Shown: positions 1-10,089, counted from the stretch's first letter. The stretch is 64,000 nucleotides of DNA from an uncultured Pseudomonadota bacterium (GCA_963836235.1 CAWIIP010000002.1:960001-1024000); one strand, 5' to 3'. Made by a program: numbers and translations. The notes: generated by a model from the sequence alone, not told the origin.

Positions 1-31
1 ACCCATTCCTCATTTTGTTGGCGTTGAAAAG

Positions 32-505
32 TTATAATTCCACAACCAGCTTGGCGTTTTTCACCGTCGAAAAAGGAACCCATAAGATTCTCTCTTTTCC
101 GATTCTCACTTCCACCCGCTCACCTTCCGTCTCGCCCAATCGCCCCTCAAAGCTCACCTGGCCTTCCAAGGGCTCCCTTAAAATAAACTGGGCCAATCGG
201 CCTTTGAACCTCCCGCAATCCTCCAGGCTCCTCAAGGGACGGTCCAAACCGGGAGAGGACACTTCCAAAACATAAGCCGTTTCGATCAAGTCCAACTCAT
301 CAAGCCTTTTTTCCAACTCGCGGCTCACCGAGGCGCAATCCTCCAAAGTCACGGGCCCGCTTCTCTTGTCCAAGACCACCATCAAAACCAGCCTTTTGCC
401 TTGAGGCCTGACACGAAGGTCAAAAAGCTCCAAAAAGTTGTCTTTGACCACGGCCTCGGCCAAATCCCGAAGCTGGGCATTCCTCGGTTCCTCCGGAAGT
501 CCCAT
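32..505 (-). CDS. rimP: Ribosome maturation factor RimP
   Basis: 157 aa with VTLEDCASVSR and YVLEVSSPGLDRPL motifs; downstream of polC as in the conserved cluster. Confidence 0.95.
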   Translation of the reverse strand: MGLPEEPRNAQLRDLAEAVVKDNFLELFDLRVRPQGKRLVLMVVLDKRSGPVTLEDCASVSRELEKRLDELDLIETAYVLEVSSPGLDRPLRSLEDCGRFKGRLAQFILREPLEGQVSFEGRLGETEGERVEVRIGKERILWVPFSTVKNAKLVVEL

Positions 506-575
506 TCTTTCCTGCTCCCTACACTATTCTTCTTGGGCATCCCCGAAAATTAAGGTAAATAAGGGCACAAACGAC

Positions 576-595
576 AAACGGCCTTTCGGCCGTCT
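576..595 (-). promoter_or_regulatory. Candidate rimP leader hairpin (GNRA tetraloop)
   Basis: Minus-strand GACGGCC-GAAA-GGCCGTT hairpin about 70 nt upstream of the rimP start. Confidence 0.4.
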
Positions 596-768
596 GAAAT
601 CCGACATTCCTTGCCCAACCTACAGCCAAAAAATAAGAAAAAAAAAGCAGGCCGGAAAGGGCCCACTTTTGGGGAGAACCTTAAATTGCGAGCTTTTTAT
701 ACCAGAAAGAATCTAATTTGGCAAGAGTGGGCCTGGTAAAAGCCAATAAATAAAGGAATTTGTGTGGC

Positions 769-1194
769 TCAAGAACGAAAAGGCCCTTTTTTCATAGTGA
801 GACAATATTCTTTAAACCCCACCGATTTCCAAAAACGGATAGCCCGTTCATTGCGAATGAGAACTTCCAATACAACCCGGCTTTTCCTGGGCCAGCACCG
901 GGTAATAAGGAGTTTCATGGCCTTTTGGCCCCGGCCCTTGCGTCGATAGGGTTTGTCGATAAAGAACTGGCGCAGGTAAATATGATCTTTTTCTTTTCTG
1001 TAGAGGGCATATCCAATTGGAACTTGGTCCTCTTCAAAAAGAAGGGCCTTATATTCTTTTTTCAGCCATCCGGACATCCGCCGCTTGAGTTGGAGGATAT
1101 TCATTGGATTTCGATGCCGCTCGTCCCGAATGAGCTGATGGTTCCATCGAGACAACAAAACCAAATCAGACTTGTCCGCTTGGCGAAAATTCAT
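769..1194 (-). CDS. GNAT family N-acetyltransferase
   Basis: QFFIDKPYRRKGRG acetyl-CoA motif A and NERAIRFWKSVGF motif B. Confidence 0.85.
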   Translation of the reverse strand: MNFRQADKSDLVLLSRWNHQLIRDERHRNPMNILQLKRRMSGWLKKEYKALLFEEDQVPIGYALYRKEKDHIYLRQFFIDKPYRRKGRGQKAMKLLITRCWPRKSRVVLEVLIRNERAIRFWKSVGFKEYCLTMKKGPFRS

Positions 1195-1199
1195 CGAGA

Positions 1200-4100
1200 T
1201 TAAAAAAGAGTAGCCTGGTTGGAATCAGGAAGGGCTTTGAGGCAGCCGTGTTCTTTCAGGATTTCAATGACATTCTTGTTCACGCCGCAACGATCCACGA
1301 GGTCCTCAATGGTGACAAACTCACCCTTGGCACGTTCTTCCCGGATAAGATCGGCAGCCGTTTCACCCAAGCCCGCCAAACTGATGAGGGGCGGGCGTAA
1401 TTTTTTCTCACCGTCCTGTTCTTGGATGAGGAATTGGCGATTGTCGGATTGATAGAGATCCACCGGCAGGAATCTGAACCCTCGCGCATAGACTTCCTCG
1501 ACCACGTCCAGAACCGAAGCCTCGTCCTGTTCCTTATTCGTCGGCTTTTCTAGGGACCGGATCAGCTTGATGCGGTCCTTCACCCGGCCCAATCCGCCGC
1601 AGGCCACCGTGGCATCGAAGCCAAAAGCTTTGTTCGTGAAATAATCCGCGTAAAAAGCCAGTGGGTGGTGCACTTTAAAATAGGCGATGCGGAAACTCAT
1701 AATGCAATAGGCCACCGCGTGGGCTTTGGGAAAAATATATTTTATTTTTTTGCAGCTATCGATGTACCACGTCGGCGTTTTGGCCGCGATCATGGCTTGT
1801 TCGTACTCCGGCTTCAGTCCCTTGCCCTTGCGCACGTCCTCCATGATCTTGAAGGCCAGGGCTTCATCCATCCCCCGGGCCAACAAATCATTCAGCATGT
1901 CGTCACGGGTGGAGATGACGGTGGAAAGATTGGCGGTTCCCTTCTTGATCAAATCCTGCGCATTACCAAGCCAAACATCAGTGCCGTGGGCCAGACCCGA
2001 TAGCCTTCCCAAATGCTCGAATCTAGTGGGTTTGGTGTCCCGCAACATGTCCATCGCAAAATTGGTGCCGAATTCAGGAACACCCAATGTCCCCAGATCT
2101 TTATCTGTTTTTTCTTTTAACTTAAGTGCTTTCGTGGAGGAGAACAGACTCATCGTTTCCGGGTCATTCAAGGGAATGCCGATGGCCGAAACGCCGGTCA
2201 TTCCTTCCAATCTTTTCAGGCTGGTGGGATTGTCGTGCCCCAGGATGTCGAGTTTCACCAGGCAGTCATGCATGCTGTTGTAGTCGAAATGCGTGGTAAT
2301 GACGTCACCCTCTTTGTTGTCCGCCGGGTACTGAACCGGGCAGACGTCGGTGATTTCCATTTCCTTCGGCAGGATGACGATACCACCCGGATGCTGACCG
2401 GTGGTTTTGGAAACTCCTGAGCATCCCTTGACCAGGCGGTTAAGTTCGGCGTTCCTCGCCGTGCGCCCTGCTTCCTCCACGAATTTTTTCACAAATCCGA
2501 AGGCAATGCGGTCCTGAACCGCGGAAATAGTCCCCGCGCGGAAGCAATGGTCCTTGCCGAATAATTCTTCAACATACTTGTGAGCCACGTGCTGGTACTC
2601 ACCGGAAAAGTTGAGGTCGATATCCGGCATCTTGTCGCCCTTGAAACCCATAAAGACCTCGAAAGCGATGGAAAAACCGTCTCTCACCGCTTCTTTGCCG
2701 CATTTGGGACAGTTCTTTGACGAAAGGTCCACTCCCGCCATGGAAGCTGGATTGGGGGGAAACTCGAACCAGTGAGCTTCTTTACAGCGCCAATGGGGCA
2801 TCAGGGGATTGACCTCCGTGATACCGCAAAGGAAAGCCACGAAAGAACTGCCGACCGAACCCCTACTTCCCACGATATATCCGTCGGAAAGGGATTTTTG
2901 GACCAGCTTTTTGGCGATCACGTAAAGGGTGGAAAACTTATTGTTAATGATGGCGTTCAGTTCTTTTTGAAGCCGTTTTTCAATAAAATCCGGCAAGGGG
3001 GCTCCATAAAGCTCCAAAGCCTTTTGGGTGGCTGTTTCCCGAAGCTCCTCGTCAGCCCCTTCCCACATGGGCGACAGGGTTTGGGTGGGCAGGGGTTCCA
3101 CGTCCTCGACCATTTCCGCCACCATCCGAGGGCCTTTCACCACCAGTTCATGGGCGATTTCATCCCCAAAATAGGAAAAATCGCTTTTAAGCTCATCAGT
3201 AGTTTTGAAATAAAGGGGAGCTTGGCGCTCCAAACCGTAGCCCATGCCTGATTGGAGGATTCGGCGGTAAACCTCGTCTTGGGGTTCAATGAAGTGGGAA
3301 TCCCCCGTGGCCACTACAGGTTTTCCCAGCTTTTTGCCCGTATCGTAGATCACCCGGGTGAGTTTTTGGAGTTCTTCCATGTCCTTGACGATTCCGTCCC
3401 CGATCATGAACTCGTTGTTGGCGCAGGGCTGGATTTCGATGTAATCATAGAAGGCGGCCACTTCCTCCAGCGGACGACCTTTATGAAGGAGATTCTGCCA
3501 GACTTCCCCCTGTTCACAGGCCGAGCCCACAACGATTCCCTCGCGGAATTCTTCCAAAAGAGCCCGGGGGATGAGGGGCCTTTTATAGAAATATTTCATA
3601 TGGCTTTCGGAAACCATTTTGTAGAGGTTCTTCAGACCTTTCTTGTTTTTCACCAGAAGAATGATGTGATAAATATTCATTCCCTTTTCGCGCTTGAACT
3701 CGTCAACTAAGTAGCCTTCCATACCCAGGATCAGCTTGATACCGTGTTTTTTGGCGGCGACCCGGGCTTCCGGATAGGCCTGGACCACTCCGTGATCCGT
3801 GATGGCGATCGCCGAATGGCCCCACTTGGCGGCCTTTTCGATGAGCCGGTCGATCTTAGAAAGGCCGTCCATGCGGCTCATTTGGGTGTGGCAGTGCAGT
3901 TCCACCCGTTTCTCCGCTGCGGTATCCTGCCGGCTTTCGGGCGGGGGCATTTTCATGATGTCCTTGGCGGCTAGCGTCAGTTCGTCGTGGGAATATTTAT
4001 CCGGTCTCAGGTCGCCTCGAACCCTTACCCAATCCCTTTCCTTCAAGCCACCCTTGAACTTGCCGTCGTTCTCGTGGAAGAAACGCACGTCGAGGGAATT

Positions 4101-4868
4101 GTTGTAATCTGTGATGGTCATCTTCACGAGGAAACGCCCGCTGCGGGTTTGGATCTGCTCGTAGATGATGATCTCACCCTGGGCCACAAACCCGTTAACT
4201 TCTTCCTTCACATCCATGGACTGGGGCTCTTCCGCGATCTTGCGGCCAAGAAGAATCATAGGCTGGGGAGTCTTGGGAGCTAAGAACTCACCCGGTTTCT
4301 CTTCGGCCATCGGAGGCAGTTCCGGCAAGATAGCCGGGTTGATGGTCAATTCAACCTTGGCGTCCAAGCCGCAACGGCCTTTAAGAATATCCTGTAGATG
4401 CTTTGGAAAAAGCTTCCGGTCTAATTGCTGGCGGGCCAACTCATGGGGCACCTGGAAAGTAAGGACTTGGTCCTTCACTTGAATTTGATAATGGGATAGC
4501 CAACCCTCAGCAATTTCCGCTTCCTCCGTGACACAAAAAAGCAGGTCTTTCTCATGGGCAACCACGTAATCGGTAAGGCTAACGACGGTCGGTGCGTAGT
4601 GGACGTCTAAAACCACCCGGTTTACGTTGGGAAGGCTTTCTTTTAAATAGCGGGAAACATGGGCGTAGGTTTCGGGGGAAACGAGGCCGGCCATCCGGAT
4701 GCCCAATACCAAAACGCCTCGCTCGGGATAAACCTGGACTCCCAAAAGCTCGGATTGGAGGAATCTTTCCTGTTCGAAACACTGGAGGGGGATTTGCTGT
4801 AATAACTGGTAAAAGGGGGAAGAGGTTTGATCCGTATCGGCGTGAGCCGGGCTTTCTACGGGCGTCAT
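1200..4868 (-). CDS. polC: DNA polymerase III subunit alpha, PolC type, lacking the exonuclease insert
   Basis: N-terminal domain, OB fold, PHP (RVELHCHT, TDHG), GSRGSVGSS, KMPDIDLNFSGEYQ, TTGQHPGG, KLDILGHD, FPKAHA; C-terminal clamp motif QATLF. Confidence 0.95.
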   Translation of the reverse strand: MTPVESPAHADTDQTSSPFYQLLQQIPLQCFEQERFLQSELLGVQVYPERGVLVLGIRMAGLVSPETYAHVSRYLKESLPNVNRVVLDVHYAPTVVSLTDYVVAHEKDLLFCVTEEAEIAEGWLSHYQIQVKDQVLTFQVPHELARQQLDRKLFPKHLQDILKGRCGLDAKVELTINPAILPELPPMAEEKPGEFLAPKTPQPMILLGRKIAEEPQSMDVKEEVNGFVAQGEIIIYEQIQTRSGRFLVKMTITDYNNSLDVRFFHENDGKFKGGLKERDWVRVRGDLRPDKYSHDELTLAAKDIMKMPPPESRQDTAAEKRVELHCHTQMSRMDGLSKIDRLIEKAAKWGHSAIAITDHGVVQAYPEARVAAKKHGIKLILGMEGYLVDEFKREKGMNIYHIILLVKNKKGLKNLYKMVSESHMKYFYKRPLIPRALLEEFREGIVVGSACEQGEVWQNLLHKGRPLEEVAAFYDYIEIQPCANNEFMIGDGIVKDMEELQKLTRVIYDTGKKLGKPVVATGDSHFIEPQDEVYRRILQSGMGYGLERQAPLYFKTTDELKSDFSYFGDEIAHELVVKGPRMVAEMVEDVEPLPTQTLSPMWEGADEELRETATQKALELYGAPLPDFIEKRLQKELNAIINNKFSTLYVIAKKLVQKSLSDGYIVGSRGSVGSSFVAFLCGITEVNPLMPHWRCKEAHWFEFPPNPASMAGVDLSSKNCPKCGKEAVRDGFSIAFEVFMGFKGDKMPDIDLNFSGEYQHVAHKYVEELFGKDHCFRAGTISAVQDRIAFGFVKKFVEEAGRTARNAELNRLVKGCSGVSKTTGQHPGGIVILPKEMEITDVCPVQYPADNKEGDVITTHFDYNSMHDCLVKLDILGHDNPTSLKRLEGMTGVSAIGIPLNDPETMSLFSSTKALKLKEKTDKDLGTLGVPEFGTNFAMDMLRDTKPTRFEHLGRLSGLAHGTDVWLGNAQDLIKKGTANLSTVISTRDDMLNDLLARGMDEALAFKIMEDVRKGKGLKPEYEQAMIAAKTPTWYIDSCKKIKYIFPKAHAVAYCIMSFRIAYFKVHHPLAFYADYFTNKAFGFDATVACGGLGRVKDRIKLIRSLEKPTNKEQDEASVLDVVEEVYARGFRFLPVDLYQSDNRQFLIQEQDGEKKLRPPLISLAGLGETAADLIREERAKGEFVTIEDLVDRCGVNKNVIEILKEHGCLKALPDSNQATLF

Positions 4869-4995
4869 CCTGCCTCCATCGACGGTTTATCGGGGATTGT
4901 AAGTGCTTGGGGCCTGCTTCAACGGACTATACAACCTGTGGGATGGAACTTCAAGAATTTAAAAAAGTAAATTTCGAATTTTAAAAACAAAAATT

Positions 4996-5841
4996 TCACG
5001 GATCAAAATAAATTCCGATCCCCCAATGATTGTCGTTGGTTTGATAGAACTGTCCGTACTCGTTGTTGCCATTGTAGTAAGAAAGCGCCGTTCGAAGGGC
5101 TTGAGACGTCTCCCTTTTCCATTTCCACTGAAAACCCCATTGAAAATTCTGGTTCACCACCCCGCCCGCTTCTTGCTTGATTTTGATATCGTAAGTGAAA
5201 TATCCACGACCAACCGTACCCAGCAGGAAATCCAAATAATTTGTGAAAAGCTCTATTCCGCCGTGAAGAAAGATGGGTTTTTCCTCTGGGGCAATGTGGG
5301 GGGAATAACCCGCTCCGGCATAAATCCGGAAACTTTCCAAAGGTTGAAAAGATGTGATCCAGCGAAAACTTTCACGCGTATAAATAATCCTTGGAATCTC
5401 GTCAAAAAGCTCGTCGCCTAAATGGGAACTGACATGGGTGTAATCCAGCCGGTGGGAGAAGAACCCGGAGGACTCGCTGAAATACATTCCCAGGTACCAG
5501 TCGCTTACCCTTTCGGGATAAACGAATTGGCCGAGCGAATCCAATTCAATAAAGCTCGCCCCTTGGATACCCCATCCCCAACGGCTTCCATCCTCCGGGC
5601 GCCATTGCAGGAACTCCAGAACGGGGCCAACCGCCCCCTCAAAGCGGGGATAAGTGAGGTCCGCAATCAAGGCATTCTGGGGTTCGCGGGGATCACCGAT
5701 CAAGCGGTCAAAAACCGGTTCCGGAGGCAGAAAACGCAGTTCATCCCCCGCCCTAAGGATCAAAGGCGCCAACCACAAAGACACGGAGACACAGCTAAAA
5801 AAAATAAATGGAAGAGTTTTTGTTTTCAAATGTCTTTCCAA
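4996..5841 (-). CDS. DUF1207-like putative outer-membrane beta-barrel protein
   Basis: Signal peptide; LIGDPREP, HVSSHLGDE and YYNG..YGQFY motifs; amphipathic strands ending GIGIYFDP. Confidence 0.65.
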   Translation of the reverse strand: MERHLKTKTLPFIFFSCVSVSLWLAPLILRAGDELRFLPPEPVFDRLIGDPREPQNALIADLTYPRFEGAVGPVLEFLQWRPEDGSRWGWGIQGASFIELDSLGQFVYPERVSDWYLGMYFSESSGFFSHRLDYTHVSSHLGDELFDEIPRIIYTRESFRWITSFQPLESFRIYAGAGYSPHIAPEEKPIFLHGGIELFTNYLDFLLGTVGRGYFTYDIKIKQEAGGVVNQNFQWGFQWKWKRETSQALRTALSYYNGNNEYGQFYQTNDNHWGIGIYFDP

Positions 5842-5890
5842 AGCTATCCCTCTGTGCGGCGTAAAACGCCGCTGTGGTGAAATGTTTTAA

Positions 5891-6757
5891 TCAAGGATCG
5901 AAATAAAGTCCGAAGCCCCAATGCTCGTCATGGTCGCGGTAAAACTGGCCGAATTCCGAATTGCCGTTGTAATAAAGAAGGGCCAGCCGGATGTCCCGGC
6001 TTTCCTCCTTCTTGAATTTCCATTGAATGCCTAACTGGTAAGCTTGGTCGGCGATTTCTGTTTCCTGGAGCCACTTCAAATCACCTGCGGCATAACCGCG
6101 CAAAAAGGTCCCTCCCACATCGGCAGCGGGTGAATAAAGTTCCAGTCCCCACGAAGCGAACAGGGCTTTACCTCTTGGATACATGTTTTCCCAGGCGCCC
6201 AAATCGGCATAAAGGCCATAGACATCCAGAACACGGTAAGAAAAAGTGTAATTAAAATTTTCCCGGCTGAAAAAGAAGGGTGACTGCAGGTATTGCAAGG
6301 AATCGCCCATGTGGGCGCTCTGGTGCTCAAACTCAAGCCGATGGGAAAAGTCGCCTTTGGTTTCGCTGACATACATTCCCGCGTACCAATCGGCCGCCCT
6401 CATGGGAAAAGTGGCGCCATTTTCATCCAACAAAATGAATCCTTGCCCGAAAACTCCCCATCCCCATTGGGTCTTGTCCGGGGGCAGATAACGAAGAAAC
6501 TCGAAGGTTTGGCCTACCGCACCCTCAAAACGGCTCTGGTTGCCATAGGCGGTAATACCCGTATAGGCTTCCCTTGGATCGCCGATAAAACCTTGGAAAA
6601 GGGGGGTCGACGGCAGGAATATCCACTGTTCTTGGTCCGCTAGAGCGAAGGAAGGAAAAAACACAGTTCCTCCACCAAGACACGAACATACCCAAAAAGC
6701 CAAAACAACCAAAAATAATTTTTTCTTCTCTGGAGACTTTGTGCCTGGATGGTTCAT
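5891..6757 (-). CDS. DUF1207-like putative outer-membrane beta-barrel protein (paralog)
   Basis: Signal peptide; FIGDPREA, HQSAHMGD and YYNGNSEFGQFY motifs; ends GFGLYFDP; clearly aligns with its neighbour. Confidence 0.65.
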   Translation of the reverse strand: MNHPGTKSPEKKKLFLVVLAFWVCSCLGGGTVFFPSFALADQEQWIFLPSTPLFQGFIGDPREAYTGITAYGNQSRFEGAVGQTFEFLRYLPPDKTQWGWGVFGQGFILLDENGATFPMRAADWYAGMYVSETKGDFSHRLEFEHQSAHMGDSLQYLQSPFFFSRENFNYTFSYRVLDVYGLYADLGAWENMYPRGKALFASWGLELYSPAADVGGTFLRGYAAGDLKWLQETEIADQAYQLGIQWKFKKEESRDIRLALLYYNGNSEFGQFYRDHDEHWGFGLYFDP

Positions 6758-6758
6758 C

Positions 6759-7913
6759 TTAGTTTTTAAGTATCTTCTCGTAGGCTTCGAGCATTCGCTT
6801 GGCCATGGAAGTGGATGACCACTTGTCCGCTTCCTCTAAGGTTTCGGATTTCTTCTGTTGATAAAGGGCTTTATCGGTCAGCATCCGATAAACCGCATCG
6901 GCAAATTCATCCTCATTTAACTTTGTTACCAGACCTCCCTTGCCGGAAGCCATCACGTCCTTTATGCCCATCTCTCCAACGGCGACCACGGGGGTTTCGG
7001 CGGCCATAGCCTCAGTCACCACTAATCCTTGGGTTTCCGTAATGGAAGCAAAAACGAAAAGGTCGGACCCCGCATAGCAATCTCGCCAATCTTCTTTGCT
7101 TAAGTAACCGGCAAAATGGACGTAATCGACCATGCCTAGGTCCACAGTCATTTTTTCCAGGTTTTTCTTGGCCGCCCCTTCACCGGCGATCAAGAACTGG
7201 AGATTGGGAACCCGGGGTTTCAATCGATGGACAACCCGCATGAGAAAATCGATATTCTTCTCTTCCGCCACTCGCCCCATGAAAAGGACAACTTGGTCCT
7301 CTGGTTTATACCCCTTCATCTTGCGGAAACGATTCCCATCCTTTTCCTGGAAACGCCCCAACCTGATCCCGGTTGGGATGACTTCAACGGGTTTGGTGAC
7401 GTTGTAACTAAGAAGGACGTTTTGCATTTCAGTGGAAGGGGTTATAAGAAGGTCGCAAGAGTTGCAATAGCGGCGGCTGGCGCTCTTGGCGTACCAGATG
7501 CCAAAGGCCTTCGGAAGAAACCAAAGGTAATGCTCGGTATAGGCCGCGAATAAGGTGTGATAGGTATGTACGACTTTGGCGCCGCTCTGTCGCGCCCACT
7601 TTACCGCTGGCCCGCCGATAGTAAAGGGTGTTTGGGTATGCACAATGTCATATTTGGCGTCGATAAACTGTTGGACCAATTTCTTATCGGCCCAGGGCTT
7701 GCCCAGGCGGTCTTCCGGATCAAAGAAAAGATACCAGGAGGGAAAGCGGAAAATCTTGAGGTGGTCGCTCTCGTCGATGCTGTTGGGATAGGCCGGGGCG
7801 TAAATATGAACCTCGTGCCCCAGTTTTACGAACTCCTCGGCGAATATCTGGGTGGAAGTGGACACCCCGTTGATGCGGGGAAAGTAAGTGTCGGTGACGA
7901 GGGCGATTTTCAC
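6759..7913 (-). CDS. Glycosyltransferase family 4, diacylglycerol glucosyltransferase-like
   Basis: TDTYFPRINGVSTS, VHTYHT, GRVAEEKNI, FASITETQGLVVTEAMAA. Confidence 0.85.
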   Translation of the reverse strand: MKIALVTDTYFPRINGVSTSTQIFAEEFVKLGHEVHIYAPAYPNSIDESDHLKIFRFPSWYLFFDPEDRLGKPWADKKLVQQFIDAKYDIVHTQTPFTIGGPAVKWARQSGAKVVHTYHTLFAAYTEHYLWFLPKAFGIWYAKSASRRYCNSCDLLITPSTEMQNVLLSYNVTKPVEVIPTGIRLGRFQEKDGNRFRKMKGYKPEDQVVLFMGRVAEEKNIDFLMRVVHRLKPRVPNLQFLIAGEGAAKKNLEKMTVDLGMVDYVHFAGYLSKEDWRDCYAGSDLFVFASITETQGLVVTEAMAAETPVVAVGEMGIKDVMASGKGGLVTKLNEDEFADAVYRMLTDKALYQQKKSETLEEADKWSSTSMAKRMLEAYEKILKN

Positions 7914-7947
7914 TTAAAACCTTTCAAACAAAAATTCTACGCAGGAA

Positions 7948-8316
7948 TTAATCGCGGCCAGTGACGAGGCACCAACCGATATAAACCAAGGTGGCCAACA
8001 AAACGAACAACAAAGCTGAAACGTAAAAAATTAAAATACTTTTTTCTAACCTGTTCTTTTTATACCTCCACGCCATAAAAACAAAAACAGAAGCTATAAA
8101 CCAAGCTAAAGCCCACACAATATTTAAGTCAGAATGGACAATAAACAATATTGGAAAAACAAATAAATTACCAAAAAAAATAAACCCGATCACTAATGCA
8201 ATTGAGGTAATAACAAATGGTGAAACGAAAAGACTTGCCAATATAAAACTACTTTTTTTAAAAATAACAGTGCCTCTCGGGATATTTTTTTCAATTACGG
8301 CGTGCAAAGTTTCCAT
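7948..8316 (-). CDS. Hypothetical AT-rich small membrane protein
   Basis: 122 aa ORF with 3-4 hydrophobic segments; start uncertain, overlaps the proS end. Confidence 0.4.
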   Translation of the reverse strand: METLHAVIEKNIPRGTVIFKKSSFILASLFVSPFVITSIALVIGFIFFGNLFVFPILFIVHSDLNIVWALAWFIASVFVFMAWRYKKNRLEKSILIFYVSALLFVLLATLVYIGWCLVTGRD

Positions 8317-10025
8317 TCCTCAGCGGCCATTTCCTTAACCTTTTCCAATACCTGAGCCACCGGAACCTTTGCCGGTTCCTTCTCTCGCCGGCGTTTTACT
8401 TCAATCAAGCCCTCTTTCAATCCCCTGGAACCAACCCGGACGGACAAGGGCATTCCCAAAAGATCGGCGTCCTTAAACTTAAATCCGGCCGAAGCGTCAG
8501 CGCGGTCATCATAGAGAACCTCATAACCAGCCTTCTTTAATTCCTCGTAAAATTGATCAGCAGCTTTGGCCACTTCAGGTTCGGCGGGATTGAGCAACAA
8601 TAGGTGCACCTGGTAGGGAGCGAGGGAGATGGGCCAAAGGATGCCCTCGGCGTCGTTGTGCTGCTCAATTGCCGCTCCCACGGTGCGGGTAACTCCGATG
8701 CCATAACACCCCATCACCGCCTCATGGTCCTTCCCATCCTCGCCTAAATAGACGCACTTCATGGCTTTGGAGTATTTCGTCCCTAGTTTGAAGGTTTGTC
8801 CAACCTCAATTCCCCGTACGATCTTCAGGGGTTTCCCGCATTTAGGACAACCGTCGCCGCTAACCACGCTACGAAAGTCGTTGTACCAAGGGGCGGCGCT
8901 GTCCCGGCTGATTTCCACATGGATTAAATGTTTGTCTTTAGCAAGAGCTCCAGTCACGTAATCATGTCCGTCTTTGAGCGCGTTGTCCGCGAGTATCTTG
9001 ACGCCTTTCAATCCTACCGGACCTGCAAAACCCACGGGAGCACCTGTCACTTCCAGCACCTTCTCGGCGGGAGCCAAAACCAATTCCGTGGCGCCCAAGG
9101 CGTTTTGGACCTTGACCTCGTTGACCTCGTGGTCCCCCCGTACCAGTACCGCCACGGGCTTTCCATCGGCCAGGAAGATCAGGGTCTTAATGAATTGGGA
9201 AGGAGGAAGTTTTAACAAAGCGCCGACATCTTCGACCGTATATTTGCCGGGCGTGTCCACGGTGGAATAGGCTTCCAGAGTGGCTTGGGAAACAGCTGAA
9301 GGCGAGGGAACTCCCACCGCCTTCTCCATATTGGCCGAATAGGAGCAGGCCTGGCACCAAGCGATGGCGGCTTCCCCGCTTTCGGCTAGCACCATGAATT
9401 CGTGGGTAAAGCTGCCGCCGATGAGGCCCGAATCGGCCTCTACGGGCGAAAAGTCCAGTCCACAGCGCTTGAAAATACGCTTATAGGCCTCGTACATCTT
9501 CCAATAAGTCTTGTCGCAGCTTTGTTCGTCCCGGTCGAATGAATAGCCGTCCTTCATGAGGAATTCCCGGCTGCGCATGACACCAAAACGGGGTCGTACC
9601 TCATCGCGAAACTTGGTGGCGATCTGGAAAAGGTTCATGGGCAGCTGTTTGTAGCTTTTGAGCTCCCGGCGCACCATATCGGTGATGACTTCCTCATGGG
9701 TGGGTCCCAGGGCGTAATCGCGGTCGTGACGGTCCTTTACCCGCATCAGCTCCTTGCCGTACTTCTGCCAGCGGCCTGTCTCCTGCCAAAGCTCAGCGGG
9801 CGTCATAATGGGCATCAAGACTTCCTGCGCTCCGCTTCGTTCCATTTCCTCACGGATGATTTGCATGACTTTGAGGATCACCCGCTGTCCCAAGGGCAGG
9901 TATTCGTAAAAACCCGAAGCTACTTTGCGCATGAGCCCGGCTCGGAGCATCAGCTTATGGGAGGGGATTTCCGCCTCGCCGGGGGTTTCCTTGACGGTTG
10001 GAATGAAGGCTTTAGACACTCGCAT
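8295..10025 (-). CDS. proS: Proline--tRNA ligase (bacterial type with editing insertion)
   Basis: SHKLMLRAG, LGPTHEE, KFRDEVRPRFGVMRSREF, GIEVG, MGCYGIG. Confidence 0.97.
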   Translation of the reverse strand: MRVSKAFIPTVKETPGEAEIPSHKLMLRAGLMRKVASGFYEYLPLGQRVILKVMQIIREEMERSGAQEVLMPIMTPAELWQETGRWQKYGKELMRVKDRHDRDYALGPTHEEVITDMVRRELKSYKQLPMNLFQIATKFRDEVRPRFGVMRSREFLMKDGYSFDRDEQSCDKTYWKMYEAYKRIFKRCGLDFSPVEADSGLIGGSFTHEFMVLAESGEAAIAWCQACSYSANMEKAVGVPSPSAVSQATLEAYSTVDTPGKYTVEDVGALLKLPPSQFIKTLIFLADGKPVAVLVRGDHEVNEVKVQNALGATELVLAPAEKVLEVTGAPVGFAGPVGLKGVKILADNALKDGHDYVTGALAKDKHLIHVEISRDSAAPWYNDFRSVVSGDGCPKCGKPLKIVRGIEVGQTFKLGTKYSKAMKCVYLGEDGKDHEAVMGCYGIGVTRTVGAAIEQHNDAEGILWPISLAPYQVHLLLLNPAEPEVAKAADQFYEELKKAGYEVLYDDRADASAGFKFKDADLLGMPLSVRVGSRGLKEGLIEVKRRREKEPAKVPVAQVLEKVKEMAAEEWKLCTP

Positions 10026-10061
10026 TGTTGACCTTGTTCAAATGTTAGTGACGGATAAATT

Positions 10062-10089
10062 AAAAGGGCGGGTCAAATGACCCGCCCTT
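10062..10089 (-). terminator. Intrinsic terminator after ispG
   Basis: AAGGGCGGGTCA/TGACCCGCCCTT inverted repeat with a short U tract on the minus strand. Confidence 0.65.

Noticed and set aside
1-13. Possible start of nusA downstream of rimP
   Set aside because: Only a few codons are in the window; expected from synteny but not supportable.
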